Below, one piece after another: positions 30,806-39,592 of a DNA stretch of 64,000 nucleotides (its first letter is position 1; each line of letters starts with the position of its first letter). The DNA is from Phycisphaeraceae bacterium. GTDB lineage: Bacteria; Planctomycetota; Phycisphaerae; Phycisphaerales; Phycisphaeraceae. The position numbers and the translations under genes are program-made. The stretch is taken from contig OY771506.1 of assembly GCA_963674705.1 (NCBI GenBank), positions 5,440,001 to 5,504,000 of the forward strand, given 5' to 3'. The notes beneath the pieces are model-generated. The model saw only the letters and a list, made by a program, of their open reading frames with translations, was not told the origin of the DNA and searched no databases.

Positions 30806-32500
30806 TTACCCCTTCATCCCGGTCAGCGTGACGCCTTGGATGAAGTAGCGTTGGACGAAGAAGAAGAGGATGATTACGGGGAGTGTCATCACGAAAGATG
30901 CGGCCATGACGAGGCCGATTTCGGGGCCGGCGCGTAGGTTGAATTTGAACAGGCCCAGCGCGAGGGGGAAGAGGCGTTCGTCGTTGACGTAGATGAGCGG
31001 GCCCATGAAGTTGTTCCATGCGGCGATGAAGGTGTAGACGGCGATGATGGCGACGGTCGGGGTGACCAACGGGAACATGACGTGCCAGTAGACGCGAATG
31101 AAGCCGCAGCCGTCGATGCGGGCGGCGTCTTCGAGGTCGCGCGGGATGGTCTTGAGGAATTGGCGCAACAGGAAGATGAAGAACGGCGCGCCGAACGCGG
31201 CGGGTGCCCACAGCGGCAGCAGCGTGTCGTACCAGCCGATGTTTTTGATGATCAGGAACGATGGGATCATCGTGACCTGCGGCGGGATCATCATCGTCGC
31301 GAGCATGATGACGAAGCAGAGGTCTCTACCGGGCCAGTTCAGGCGGGCGAAGGCGTAGGCGGAGAGCGTGCAGGAGAAGATCATCAGCACGATGCTGAGA
31401 ATGCTCAGCGACAGGCTGGTCATGATGTATCGGCTGAAAGGGATCTCGCGGAAGACGGTGCGGTATTGATGCAGGATCTTGTCGTACCATGCGCCGGTTG
31501 CGGAGTTGCGTGTGATGGTCATGCTGACGACAAACGGTTCGCTGTTCGCAGGCGCGGGGCCTTGGTCGTAGAGCGTGAAGTATGGACGGCGCTGGATGGT
31601 GTCTTCGTTGGGATCGGGCCAGCGGAATTGCAGTTCGAGCCAGCGGGCGTCCTGGAAGTTGATCACCTCGGTGGTAGCGTAGCGCCGGCCGTCGCGGATG
31701 ACTTCGAATTGCAGGCGTGCCCAGGTATCGTCGCTACGGAAGCCGACCATGACGCGGTCGATGCCGGCGGGTTTGAAGTCGGTTTGCGGGATGAGTTGGA
31801 ACGTCACATCAGGCTGAGTATCAGTGAAGTGGATGACAGCCTGTTGGTATTTTTTTTGTTCGTTGGCGCGGGGGATGAGGGTGGTGATGTCGCTGGCGGT
31901 GGTCCAGTAGGAGCCGGAGGTGATGTGAGTCTGGTAGTCCTGTGTTCGCAGGCGGACGTCGCCGAGGTTGACGCGGCGGTAGATGCGGTCGAAGGCGCGG
32001 GTAAGCATAGCATCGTCGACGAGCTGCTTGGCTTCCCCCACCACCGCGTCCGGGCCTTTTGCTCGGGCATCGTCGCTGAGATGTTCACTGACGAAGGCGA
32101 AGAGCGATTCGGTCATTTCAGTCTGGTAACGTTCCTGGTCGAGTTCAATGACGTCGCGTGAGATATCGCCGGCGGGCGTGTGTGGTTGCCAGTCTTTAAT
32201 GCGCTCGTTGAAGGCTTTTTCGAGCTGAGGTTGGATGGTTTGCCAATCCGCTTCGCTTATGCCGAAGAAGCGTGTAGGCTGATCGAAGGTACGTGAATCG
32301 ATATACGGGGTGGTCGCACGCGGGATCGGTTTGCCGGGCCAGAGCGGTGCATCGAGGCCGCCCATTTCGCTGGTGGTCTTGAAGCTGTTGGCGATCATCC
32401 AGACGAAGGGGAAGCTGAAGATAAGGGCGCCTGTCACCAGGACGGTGTACAGGATGAACATCTCGATCGATAGCAGTTTGCGTAGGACGCTGCGCTTCAT
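30806..32500 (-). CDS. Carbohydrate ABC transporter permease (MalG-like) with a very large extracytoplasmic insert
   Basis: PFVWM..NSFKT, AYAFARL, EAA loop LEDAARIDG, WNNF..PLIY; ATGA overlap with the upstream gene at 32497-32500. Confidence 0.9.
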   Translation of the reverse strand: MKRSVLRKLLSIEMFILYTVLVTGALIFSFPFVWMIANSFKTTSEMGGLDAPLWPGKPIPRATTPYIDSRTFDQPTRFFGISEADWQTIQPQLEKAFNERIKDWQPHTPAGDISRDVIELDQERYQTEMTESLFAFVSEHLSDDARAKGPDAVVGEAKQLVDDAMLTRAFDRIYRRVNLGDVRLRTQDYQTHITSGSYWTTASDITTLIPRANEQKKYQQAVIHFTDTQPDVTFQLIPQTDFKPAGIDRVMVGFRSDDTWARLQFEVIRDGRRYATTEVINFQDARWLELQFRWPDPNEDTIQRRPYFTLYDQGPAPANSEPFVVSMTITRNSATGAWYDKILHQYRTVFREIPFSRYIMTSLSLSILSIVLMIFSCTLSAYAFARLNWPGRDLCFVIMLATMMIPPQVTMIPSFLIIKNIGWYDTLLPLWAPAAFGAPFFIFLLRQFLKTIPRDLEDAARIDGCGFIRVYWHVMFPLVTPTVAIIAVYTFIAAWNNFMGPLIYVNDERLFPLALGLFKFNLRAGPEIGLVMAASFVMTLPVIILFFFVQRYFIQGVTLTGMKG

Positions 32501-35298
32501 CGTTCGTAATGCACCCACTTCTTCGCCAGCCACATCTGTAAGAGTGTGATCGCGAGGACCACGACGAAGAGCACCCAGGCCATGGCGCTGGCGACGCCCA
32601 TGTTCAGGTAGCGGAAGGATTCGTTGAAGAGTTTGTATGCGTAGAAAAGTGTAGAGTCGGCCGGTCCGCCGTCGGTCATGACGTAGGCGGACTCGAAGGT
32701 CTGGAAGACACCGATCATCCCCATGAGGAAGTTGAAGAAGATGTAAGGCGAGAGCAGCGGGAGTGTGACGTTGGTGAATTGCTGGACGCGGTTAGCGCCG
32801 TCGATGCGTGCCGCTTCGTAGAGTGATTCGGGGATTTCTTTCAGGCCGGCCAGCCAGATGATCATGCCCCCGCCGACGGACCACAGGCCCATGAGGATGA
32901 GCGCGGGTTTCGCCCACGCCGGATCGTTAAGCCAGTAAGGCGGATCACTGACGCCGATCGCCAATAGCGCGCGATTCAACAAACCCTGCACGGGATCAAA
33001 CACCCACAGCCAAAGGATGAACGCAGCCACAGCCGGGACGATCGCGGGCAGGTAGTAAATCGTGCGGAATAGAGCGAGCCCCTTGGCGCGCGTGTTGAGC
33101 AGCATCGCAAGCGCGAGCCCTGCCACGATCATGAGCGGCACAGCCATGATCATGTAGGCGGTGTTCCATAGGCTCTTCCAGAAGTGTGGATCGTTGGCGA
33201 TGTATTGTTCGGCTGTGTCGTCGTAGTGGAAGCCCATCGTTGCGGTGTAATTATCCGTGCCGATCCAGATTGCCGGGCTGAGCACATCGTAGCGGCAGAA
33301 GCTGATAATCAGCGAAAAGATGATCGGCCCCGCACCGAAGATGATGAATCCGACAAGCCAGGGCGACGCGCAAATGTAACCTTCATGCCAGGGATCATGG
33401 CTCAGACCGAGACGATGCGAGCGCATCTTGCGATAAACGATGAAGCCCGCGAACAGAAGAATCACACCTAGTACGTAAAGAACGACAAGACTTCGCCACG
33501 GCATGGGCGAACCGGTCGGCGGGTTGTGAAATTCGTCGAGCGCAGTCTGCACGCGGCGTTGTCTTAAACCAAGCGACTGCTCGGGCGTTTGCACGTGACG
33601 TATCGCGGTATCCATCGCGCGCATGTGCTCGTTCCACAGCATCTGCCCGACGGGTGTGATCGGGCGGTATTTGCTGTCGGGTAAGAGCTTCACAAATTCG
33701 CGATGCGCGAGGCGCATGTCTTGTGTGACGTCAGGGCTGGATTCAACATATTCCTCGCGGAGCCACTGCATGATCCGGCGGTTTGGGCTGGTATTGGGGA
33801 AGTAAACCTGGCCCTGAGCGCGGGCGAGTGACGCCTCGAAACGGGCCATGATCTGGTTGGCTTCGTATGAACTGAGCCAACGCATCAACTCCCATGCGGC
33901 CTCTTTGTTTTTGGCTGTGGAGGGAATTGCGTAAGACCAGCCGCCCATCCAGCCCGCATGCGAATGGCCCTCGGCTTCGCGTGCTTCGGGGATCGGCGCA
34001 CCGACCACGCCGAACGGGGTATCGGGTCCGAACGCACTGATCGACTTGAGATATTCATCACTGTCGATACGCAGCACGACCTGGCCCGTGATAAAGGGAT
34101 CAAGCTGGCCCGTTGCAAGACCACCGGTAAACGCTTGTGCAACCTTGATGCCACCGAGCGCATCGTAGCAATCGGTCATGTACTGCACCGCTTCGATGCC
34201 GCGCTTATTGTCCATCACGCAACGCATACCATCTTCACTGATAAGCTTAGCATCGTTCAAGACGGTGAACATATACAGGCCGCTGTTAGCAAAGAGCGGG
34301 ATGAAGCCGGCGGTGCGGAGCAGACCTGTGTCGGGATCGTAATATGTCAGACGGACCGCGTAGCTGTTCTGGTCGAACACTTTGATCTGGCATCGGTTTG
34401 ACACGAAGCGATCGCTGATGGCTTTGAGGTCCGGGGGCTGTTCGCGTTGCATGTCGATGCGGAAAGAGGTGGGTGAAAGAATCTCCGCGATCCGGCCACG
34501 GAAGACTTCATCATCCTGGACAAGCGCAACGACATCACCGACGCGCACGCCTTCGGCTGTGATATCGATCGGGGCATCGGATGCTCTGTCATCGTTAACC
34601 GTTGCCAGGTCCGACCAGGCCTTGAGTTGAACGATTCCATCGGATGTGACATTGCCGTCCGCATGGATGAGTTTGTGACAAAGCTCTTCCCAGGTGCGTG
34701 GTGGTTTGGCGTCGCCGGGTTTGGCGTTACCTGCGAGCACTTGCGGATCGTCGGCGGTGTATTCGTAGCCGGCACGTATCAATGCATCGCGTCTGTAATA
34801 GAGAGCGCGTGTGTCGACTGAGATTGGGATTGCGTAGACCTTGCCCTTGTATGAGCCTTCTTCCCAAGGCGGCAGATAGTAGTTTTCCGGCTTGATGCCG
34901 TCGGGCCTGTCGCGGTCTGCTTCGATGTAGGGCGTCAGATCGGTAAACGTGCCACGGCTGGCCCATTCGACGACGGCGAAGCGATCGAAGTGGATCAAAT
35001 CGGGCGGGGATCCGCCTGCAACACCGAGCAGGAAACGCGTCGGATCGGAGACGGCATCTCGCACGGAAGCGGTACCGAGCATCACGTTGTATTGCGGGTT
35101 GCGTCTTTCAAACTCTTCGACGGCAACGCGTACCGCGTCCCCCGCTTCCACCGGCGTCCACAGAAGGATATCGGTGACATCATCACGCGTGCCGATACGC
35201 TCGACACGTGGGTACAACACAAATGCAACGACCAAAGCCAACGCCACGACGAGCAGGACCTTGTGCGTATCGATGAATTCAAGCGACCGACGGTACAT
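32497..35298 (-). CDS. Fusion of extracellular solute-binding protein (CUT1) and MalF-like permease
   Basis: N-terminal SBP motifs (PPDL, DLTPY, GKVYAIP, PP.TWEEL, GGWSYAIP...KNKEAAW); C-terminal permease (SPWLVGF, FRTIYYLP, LYEAARIDGA). Confidence 0.9.
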   Translation of the reverse strand: MYRRSLEFIDTHKVLLVVALALVVAFVLYPRVERIGTRDDVTDILLWTPVEAGDAVRVAVEEFERRNPQYNVMLGTASVRDAVSDPTRFLLGVAGGSPPDLIHFDRFAVVEWASRGTFTDLTPYIEADRDRPDGIKPENYYLPPWEEGSYKGKVYAIPISVDTRALYYRRDALIRAGYEYTADDPQVLAGNAKPGDAKPPRTWEELCHKLIHADGNVTSDGIVQLKAWSDLATVNDDRASDAPIDITAEGVRVGDVVALVQDDEVFRGRIAEILSPTSFRIDMQREQPPDLKAISDRFVSNRCQIKVFDQNSYAVRLTYYDPDTGLLRTAGFIPLFANSGLYMFTVLNDAKLISEDGMRCVMDNKRGIEAVQYMTDCYDALGGIKVAQAFTGGLATGQLDPFITGQVVLRIDSDEYLKSISAFGPDTPFGVVGAPIPEAREAEGHSHAGWMGGWSYAIPSTAKNKEAAWELMRWLSSYEANQIMARFEASLARAQGQVYFPNTSPNRRIMQWLREEYVESSPDVTQDMRLAHREFVKLLPDSKYRPITPVGQMLWNEHMRAMDTAIRHVQTPEQSLGLRQRRVQTALDEFHNPPTGSPMPWRSLVVLYVLGVILLFAGFIVYRKMRSHRLGLSHDPWHEGYICASPWLVGFIIFGAGPIIFSLIISFCRYDVLSPAIWIGTDNYTATMGFHYDDTAEQYIANDPHFWKSLWNTAYMIMAVPLMIVAGLALAMLLNTRAKGLALFRTIYYLPAIVPAVAAFILWLWVFDPVQGLLNRALLAIGVSDPPYWLNDPAWAKPALILMGLWSVGGGMIIWLAGLKEIPESLYEAARIDGANRVQQFTNVTLPLLSPYIFFNFLMGMIGVFQTFESAYVMTDGGPADSTLFYAYKLFNESFRYLNMGVASAMAWVLFVVVLAITLLQMWLAKKWVHYER

Positions 35299-35366
35299 GC
35301 GTGAAGTTCAGTGGTTCAGTTGCGGGTGCGAATCGATGCCGAGTGAAAGAAAACGAATACTACCAG

Positions 35367-35406
35367 AAAAAACAACGGACCCTCCGCGAGAGGAGAGTCC
35401 GTTGTT
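35367..35406 (-). terminator. Rho-independent terminator after the PEP-CTERM gene
   Basis: Minus strand AACAACGGACTCTCCTCTCGCGGAGGGTCCGTTGTTTTTT. Confidence 0.75.
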
Positions 35407-35513
35407 ACTATTTTGGAGGCTTATTCATGTGTGGCACGGTTGAAGCGTGATCGAGTAACCGACATGTACGGCGTCTATTCAATCGTCTGCCACGGTTTAA
35501 ACATCAATAAGCA

Positions 35514-36302
35514 TTAACGACGACGCAACGCAGCCAGGCCACCGAGTGCCAGCAGCGAAAGCGTTGCGGGTTCGGGCACAGCGGCTGCGGCCGGTGGCGT
35601 GCCTTCGTTCCAGTGATTCAGCACGATATCCAGGTCGTCCAGGCCGACGTAGTTATCACCCGAGGGATCGGCCAGCGGATTGCCGGGCGGGATCGTCTGG
35701 TTCCAGCTAGTCAGAACGATGTCCAGGTCGTCCAGGCCGACGAAGCCGTCGCCGTTGAGGTCACCCGGGATGCCGGAAGACGTGGCATATTCGATAGCGG
35801 TGGAGGTGGTGCCATCCGTGCTGACGTAGACGGTGCCGGAGATGGTTGCGTCGGCGTCATTCAGGACGGTGATGCGTGCAAGCAGGCCGTTGTAGGTGGC
35901 GATGGGCAGCGGCGCACCGACGGACAGCGGGAAGTCGCCGCTCGGGCTTGAAAGGTCGCCACCAAGTTTATCGCCATAGGCGTAGTGTGAATCCGCGCCG
36001 AGGGCGGGGAAGATCGAGACAGCGGCCGGATTGGGCGCGGCATCGTCGGCTTCTTCCAGCGAGTGATTGTAGATCGTACCGACGGTCGAGAGATCGACAT
36101 CATACGACAGCAGCAGATCGGTTTCGGAATCGACCAGCAAGTCAATGATAGTGGCATCGGCCAGAGCGGGATCATCGGCGATCTGGGCTGCGCTCGGTGC
36201 ATAGACGTCGACGGTAACGATCGCGGCCTGGGTTGCCGATGCGGACAACACGAGTGCCGCGGCACAGGCGGTCAAGGTCCTGGCGCTAATGTTCATGGTC
36301 AT
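35514..36302 (-). CDS. PEP-CTERM surface protein with dockerin-like (EF-hand) tandem
   Basis: Signal peptide; GDLNGDGFVGLDDLDIVL..W and ADPSGDNYVGLDDLDIVL..W; VPEPATLSLLALGGLAALRRR. Confidence 0.9.
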   Translation of the reverse strand: MTMNISARTLTACAAALVLSASATQAAIVTVDVYAPSAAQIADDPALADATIIDLLVDSETDLLLSYDVDLSTVGTIYNHSLEEADDAAPNPAAVSIFPALGADSHYAYGDKLGGDLSSPSGDFPLSVGAPLPIATYNGLLARITVLNDADATISGTVYVSTDGTTSTAIEYATSSGIPGDLNGDGFVGLDDLDIVLTSWNQTIPPGNPLADPSGDNYVGLDDLDIVLNHWNEGTPPAAAAVPEPATLSLLALGGLAALRRR

Positions 36303-36668
36303 ATCCTTTGTCTAGTTGACGAACCTGATACGGTCCGGGACACACGGTTCTGCGAGCGCGATCCGCTTTCCACTGCTCGCCCGCCGCCCCTACACGGGAC
36401 GACGCGGTTCAACAAAGAACGGCCAAGCCTCGATACGAAAACCAAACGATCAGGCGCACAATATCTGCCTGCCGAAGGTTCACGATGTGATCCTGTTCCG
36501 TCCTCCGCTCCTCCAATCAATCTTAAAACAAACAAACCATCCAAGTGCTGCCCGGCAAACGTCGGCCCCCGACTTCACGGTGAATTGAGGAAAAAATGAG
36601 TCTCTCAATGCTGGCTCATCTACTTTTCCTGAGTCCTCCAACGTCTACCGCTCTTACACAAATACGCT

Positions 36669-36714
36669 TGCATACGCAGTGTATGCATTGTACTCAAAAC
36701 CCCTCACCCGTCAA
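36669..36714 (-). promoter_or_regulatory. Sigma70-type promoter with overlapping palindromic operator
   Basis: Minus strand TTGACG (36714-36709)-N16-TACAAT (36692-36687); palindrome TGCATAC-GCAGT-GTATGCA at 36669-36687. Confidence 0.65.
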
Positions 36715-36782
36715 CACTAAATAGGCATTTCTCGCGTTTTCCAAAGGAAATTTCACCTCTGAAACGGACCAGCCGTAAGGAC

Positions 36783-39590
36783 TCATCCAATCCCCTTATT
36801 GCTTGTGATTACAAGAGATACCGTATTGACCTGCTTGGGATTCATTGTTAGCTCAACGAATGAGCCATTGATCCTTAACTCACCGCCTGCAACCGGCTGG
36901 CTTTCGAGGTTTACGAGGTACGCCTGGGTGATCTCGAACAGCGATTGGAGCTTGACCGTCGCCTGTTTGTTGGTGGGATTGAACAACCGGACCTCGGTCC
37001 TGTCCCCTACCTTCCGGGCGCTGGTCAGTACAGCGGGAGCGGTCACACTCAACAGGCTGGCCGAGTCTTCCAGATCGGTGTCGAACTCGCGGTGACGCTT
37101 GATGTCGTCTTGACGGATGTAGACCGCACGCAATCCGGCAGCAACCTGCGCGGCATACTTGAAGAGCTTTGCACGGTCGGGTTCGCCGGTCAGCGGAACG
37201 ATCCAGTAACGGAACGTGTGTTTGCCAAGCACCTGGCCGTCCGGTTCACCGTGAGTGAAAGGCGTGTTGCTGATGCCACGCAACAGTGTCAGCGCGAGCG
37301 GTCGCTGCGGTTGGTCACGGATCGCTGTTTCGTAGAGCCCGGTACTGACCACCGCCAAGCCGCGCTTGTTGTCAAAAACCGCGGTGAAGCCTTGCTGCGG
37401 CTTTGTTTCTGTTTCCAGTTCACGGTAAATGTGGTTGTCTTCGCGCAGCGAGATCTTGCGTTCAACGACATCGAACGGCGTGTCGCTGATATAAGTATCC
37501 GTCTTGGTACCGCTGGGCATCAACACGCGCAGGCGATGGTTCTCGGCAGTGTTGTCAACCGTCGTTTCGATCTCGAGTCGGTCGGAGCCTGGCCGGAGAC
37601 TGATCTTGGAATCGATGATCAGTTCGGTCAGTTCCTGTGTGCGCGTGTTGTCCTTACGGTTGAGTCCCTTTGGCACGCGGAACGTATTGCGGATACGGAA
37701 GGTTGTCAGCATCGGGCCGTCATGGACCAGCGCGACTTCTGCGGGGCTTGCGGTTGTCGTGAAAGCCTGGTCGTTGACCGCGGGGCCGTGGAACCAGCCG
37801 TCGCCGATGTCTGCGATATCTTCGTAGGTCAAGAGCCTTTCGTAGACTTCGCCGCTGCGTTTATCGGTGAGTGTGACCGAGCCGTTGGATTCGATCTGGA
37901 CCTTGATGTGTTCATTTTCCATCGAGCGATCGCTCTTAGCCATACTCGGCCCAGCCGGGTGACGTGTAGCAAGCGCTGCGGAATAGAACGGCGGATTGTC
38001 TACGGTTTTTTCACCTTCGCGCAGGGTCAATGTCGTATAACCCATCGCGGGGATCGACACGGAAAGACTTACGCGCACTTCGGTGATATCCCAACCTGCG
38101 CTGAAACGCTTGGGCCAGGTGCGGAACCGGGCCCGATCTTTTCGTTGGCCGATGCGCTGGTAGGCAACTTCATTGCCCTGACTATCATAAATACGGAATG
38201 CGGGTTTCGGCTCGTAACCGAAGAACTCGTTGAAGTTGCCCCACTCGCGCGGGACTTCCAGTAGCAATTCAGTCGTTTCGTTGATTGGTTCGGTGGCAGG
38301 GTTGAACACCACGATGCGCACTTCATCCTTCGGTACGTCGCCTTTTATCTGCGCGCCGATAGTCATCAACGCTTCAGTTGTCTGGCGTTCTGCGATCTGC
38401 TCGCATTGCATGAAGCGAAACTTCATGCCCTCATGAACCGCATCAATGCTGCAACCACAGATCGAATCATGCGGGTGATTCTTGATCAGCCACTTCCATG
38501 CGACATCAAAGAATCCTTGCGGGTATTCACGACCTAGCAGGTGGTGCGCGAGTGTTGTGAAAGGCTCGGCCCAACGGCAGAGCATGTTTTCACACAAGGC
38601 GTTCCATTGCTTGATCCACACCCGGCTGGACAACACGCCGGGGATCACCCATTGGAAGTCCATATCCGCCTGCGATAGGCCCGGCTCGCGTAGTTCGCCG
38701 GTCATGCGTGTGCTGATCTTATCCTTATGCTCAAGCATCTCATCGAGATACTGATCGAGTGATGAGTGCACGATGTCGCAAGGCAGTGACTTCTGATCGC
38801 CGGCCTGCATCAGGACCTGATAATCGTTAGGGTCCCATTCCAGGTGGTCGCCGCCGTCGAACAGCAGGATCGGATCGATCTCGGTTTCCTTGCATTCAAG
38901 GTCGACGAAGTCGGCGAGGAACTTGGGGTGCTTCTTGGGATCGAATTCGTAGAGTTCCTTATCAGCGCATCGGCGTACGAGGAAAGCATACGTGCAGTAG
39001 CCCGTGGTGCCGAAGCGGTAGCAAGGCAGTTCGGTGCCATCAGCGCCAACCCACATGATGTGGCGTTTACCGAGCATGTTGGTTCCGCGCCAGATGAATC
39101 CACCTGGGATATCGAAACCGGCAAAGATCTGCGGTAACTGGCTGATCTGTCCGAACAGGTCGCAGGCGAAGCCGGCTTTAGAAGGTTCGGTACCGAAGTC
39201 GCGCGCGATCTGCCTGCCGATACGGATGTTACGGATGATCGATTCGCCCGAAACCAGGAACTCATCCGGCAGGACGTACCACGGGCCGATGACGAGCATG
39301 CCTTCGATAGCGCGTTGCTCGAGCAGTTCGCGTTTTTCGGGACGGACTTCGAGGTAGTCTTCAAGGATGATGGCTTGGCCGTCGGTCTGAAACGGGCCTT
39401 GAAGGATGCCTTCATCCATCCCCTTGAGGGTGTTATCGAAGAGGCGCACCAGGCGGTTGCGATAGTCCTGAAAATTCTGGTACCACTCGCGGTCCCAGTG
39501 GGTGCTAAGGACATAATGCGCGGTGCGCTTGGCGGTGTTTGTTTCAGACTTCTGATCGGTTCGGGCGTTATCGTTGGTTACCATACTCAT
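36783..39590 (-). CDS. Glycoside hydrolase family 38 alpha-mannosidase (MngB-like)
   Basis: STHWDREWY, DGQ..ILEDY, IGPWYVLPDEFLVSGES, DLFG, HPHDSICGCS. Confidence 0.93.
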   Translation of the reverse strand: MSMVTNDNARTDQKSETNTAKRTAHYVLSTHWDREWYQNFQDYRNRLVRLFDNTLKGMDEGILQGPFQTDGQAIILEDYLEVRPEKRELLEQRAIEGMLVIGPWYVLPDEFLVSGESIIRNIRIGRQIARDFGTEPSKAGFACDLFGQISQLPQIFAGFDIPGGFIWRGTNMLGKRHIMWVGADGTELPCYRFGTTGYCTYAFLVRRCADKELYEFDPKKHPKFLADFVDLECKETEIDPILLFDGGDHLEWDPNDYQVLMQAGDQKSLPCDIVHSSLDQYLDEMLEHKDKISTRMTGELREPGLSQADMDFQWVIPGVLSSRVWIKQWNALCENMLCRWAEPFTTLAHHLLGREYPQGFFDVAWKWLIKNHPHDSICGCSIDAVHEGMKFRFMQCEQIAERQTTEALMTIGAQIKGDVPKDEVRIVVFNPATEPINETTELLLEVPREWGNFNEFFGYEPKPAFRIYDSQGNEVAYQRIGQRKDRARFRTWPKRFSAGWDITEVRVSLSVSIPAMGYTTLTLREGEKTVDNPPFYSAALATRHPAGPSMAKSDRSMENEHIKVQIESNGSVTLTDKRSGEVYERLLTYEDIADIGDGWFHGPAVNDQAFTTTASPAEVALVHDGPMLTTFRIRNTFRVPKGLNRKDNTRTQELTELIIDSKISLRPGSDRLEIETTVDNTAENHRLRVLMPSGTKTDTYISDTPFDVVERKISLREDNHIYRELETETKPQQGFTAVFDNKRGLAVVSTGLYETAIRDQPQRPLALTLLRGISNTPFTHGEPDGQVLGKHTFRYWIVPLTGEPDRAKLFKYAAQVAAGLRAVYIRQDDIKRHREFDTDLEDSASLLSVTAPAVLTSARKVGDRTEVRLFNPTNKQATVKLQSLFEITQAYLVNLESQPVAGGELRINGSFVELTMNPKQVNTVSLVITSNKGIG

Positions 39591-39592
39591 AG

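Noticed and set aside
34366..34680. Possible intein in the SBP insert (begins with Cys, ends ...QN/S, contains a VGD.V motif)
   Set aside because: Only 105 aa, no TxxH block B and no penultimate His. Precise excision would leave the TWEEL..YA motif one residue short, so a plain domain insertion fits better.
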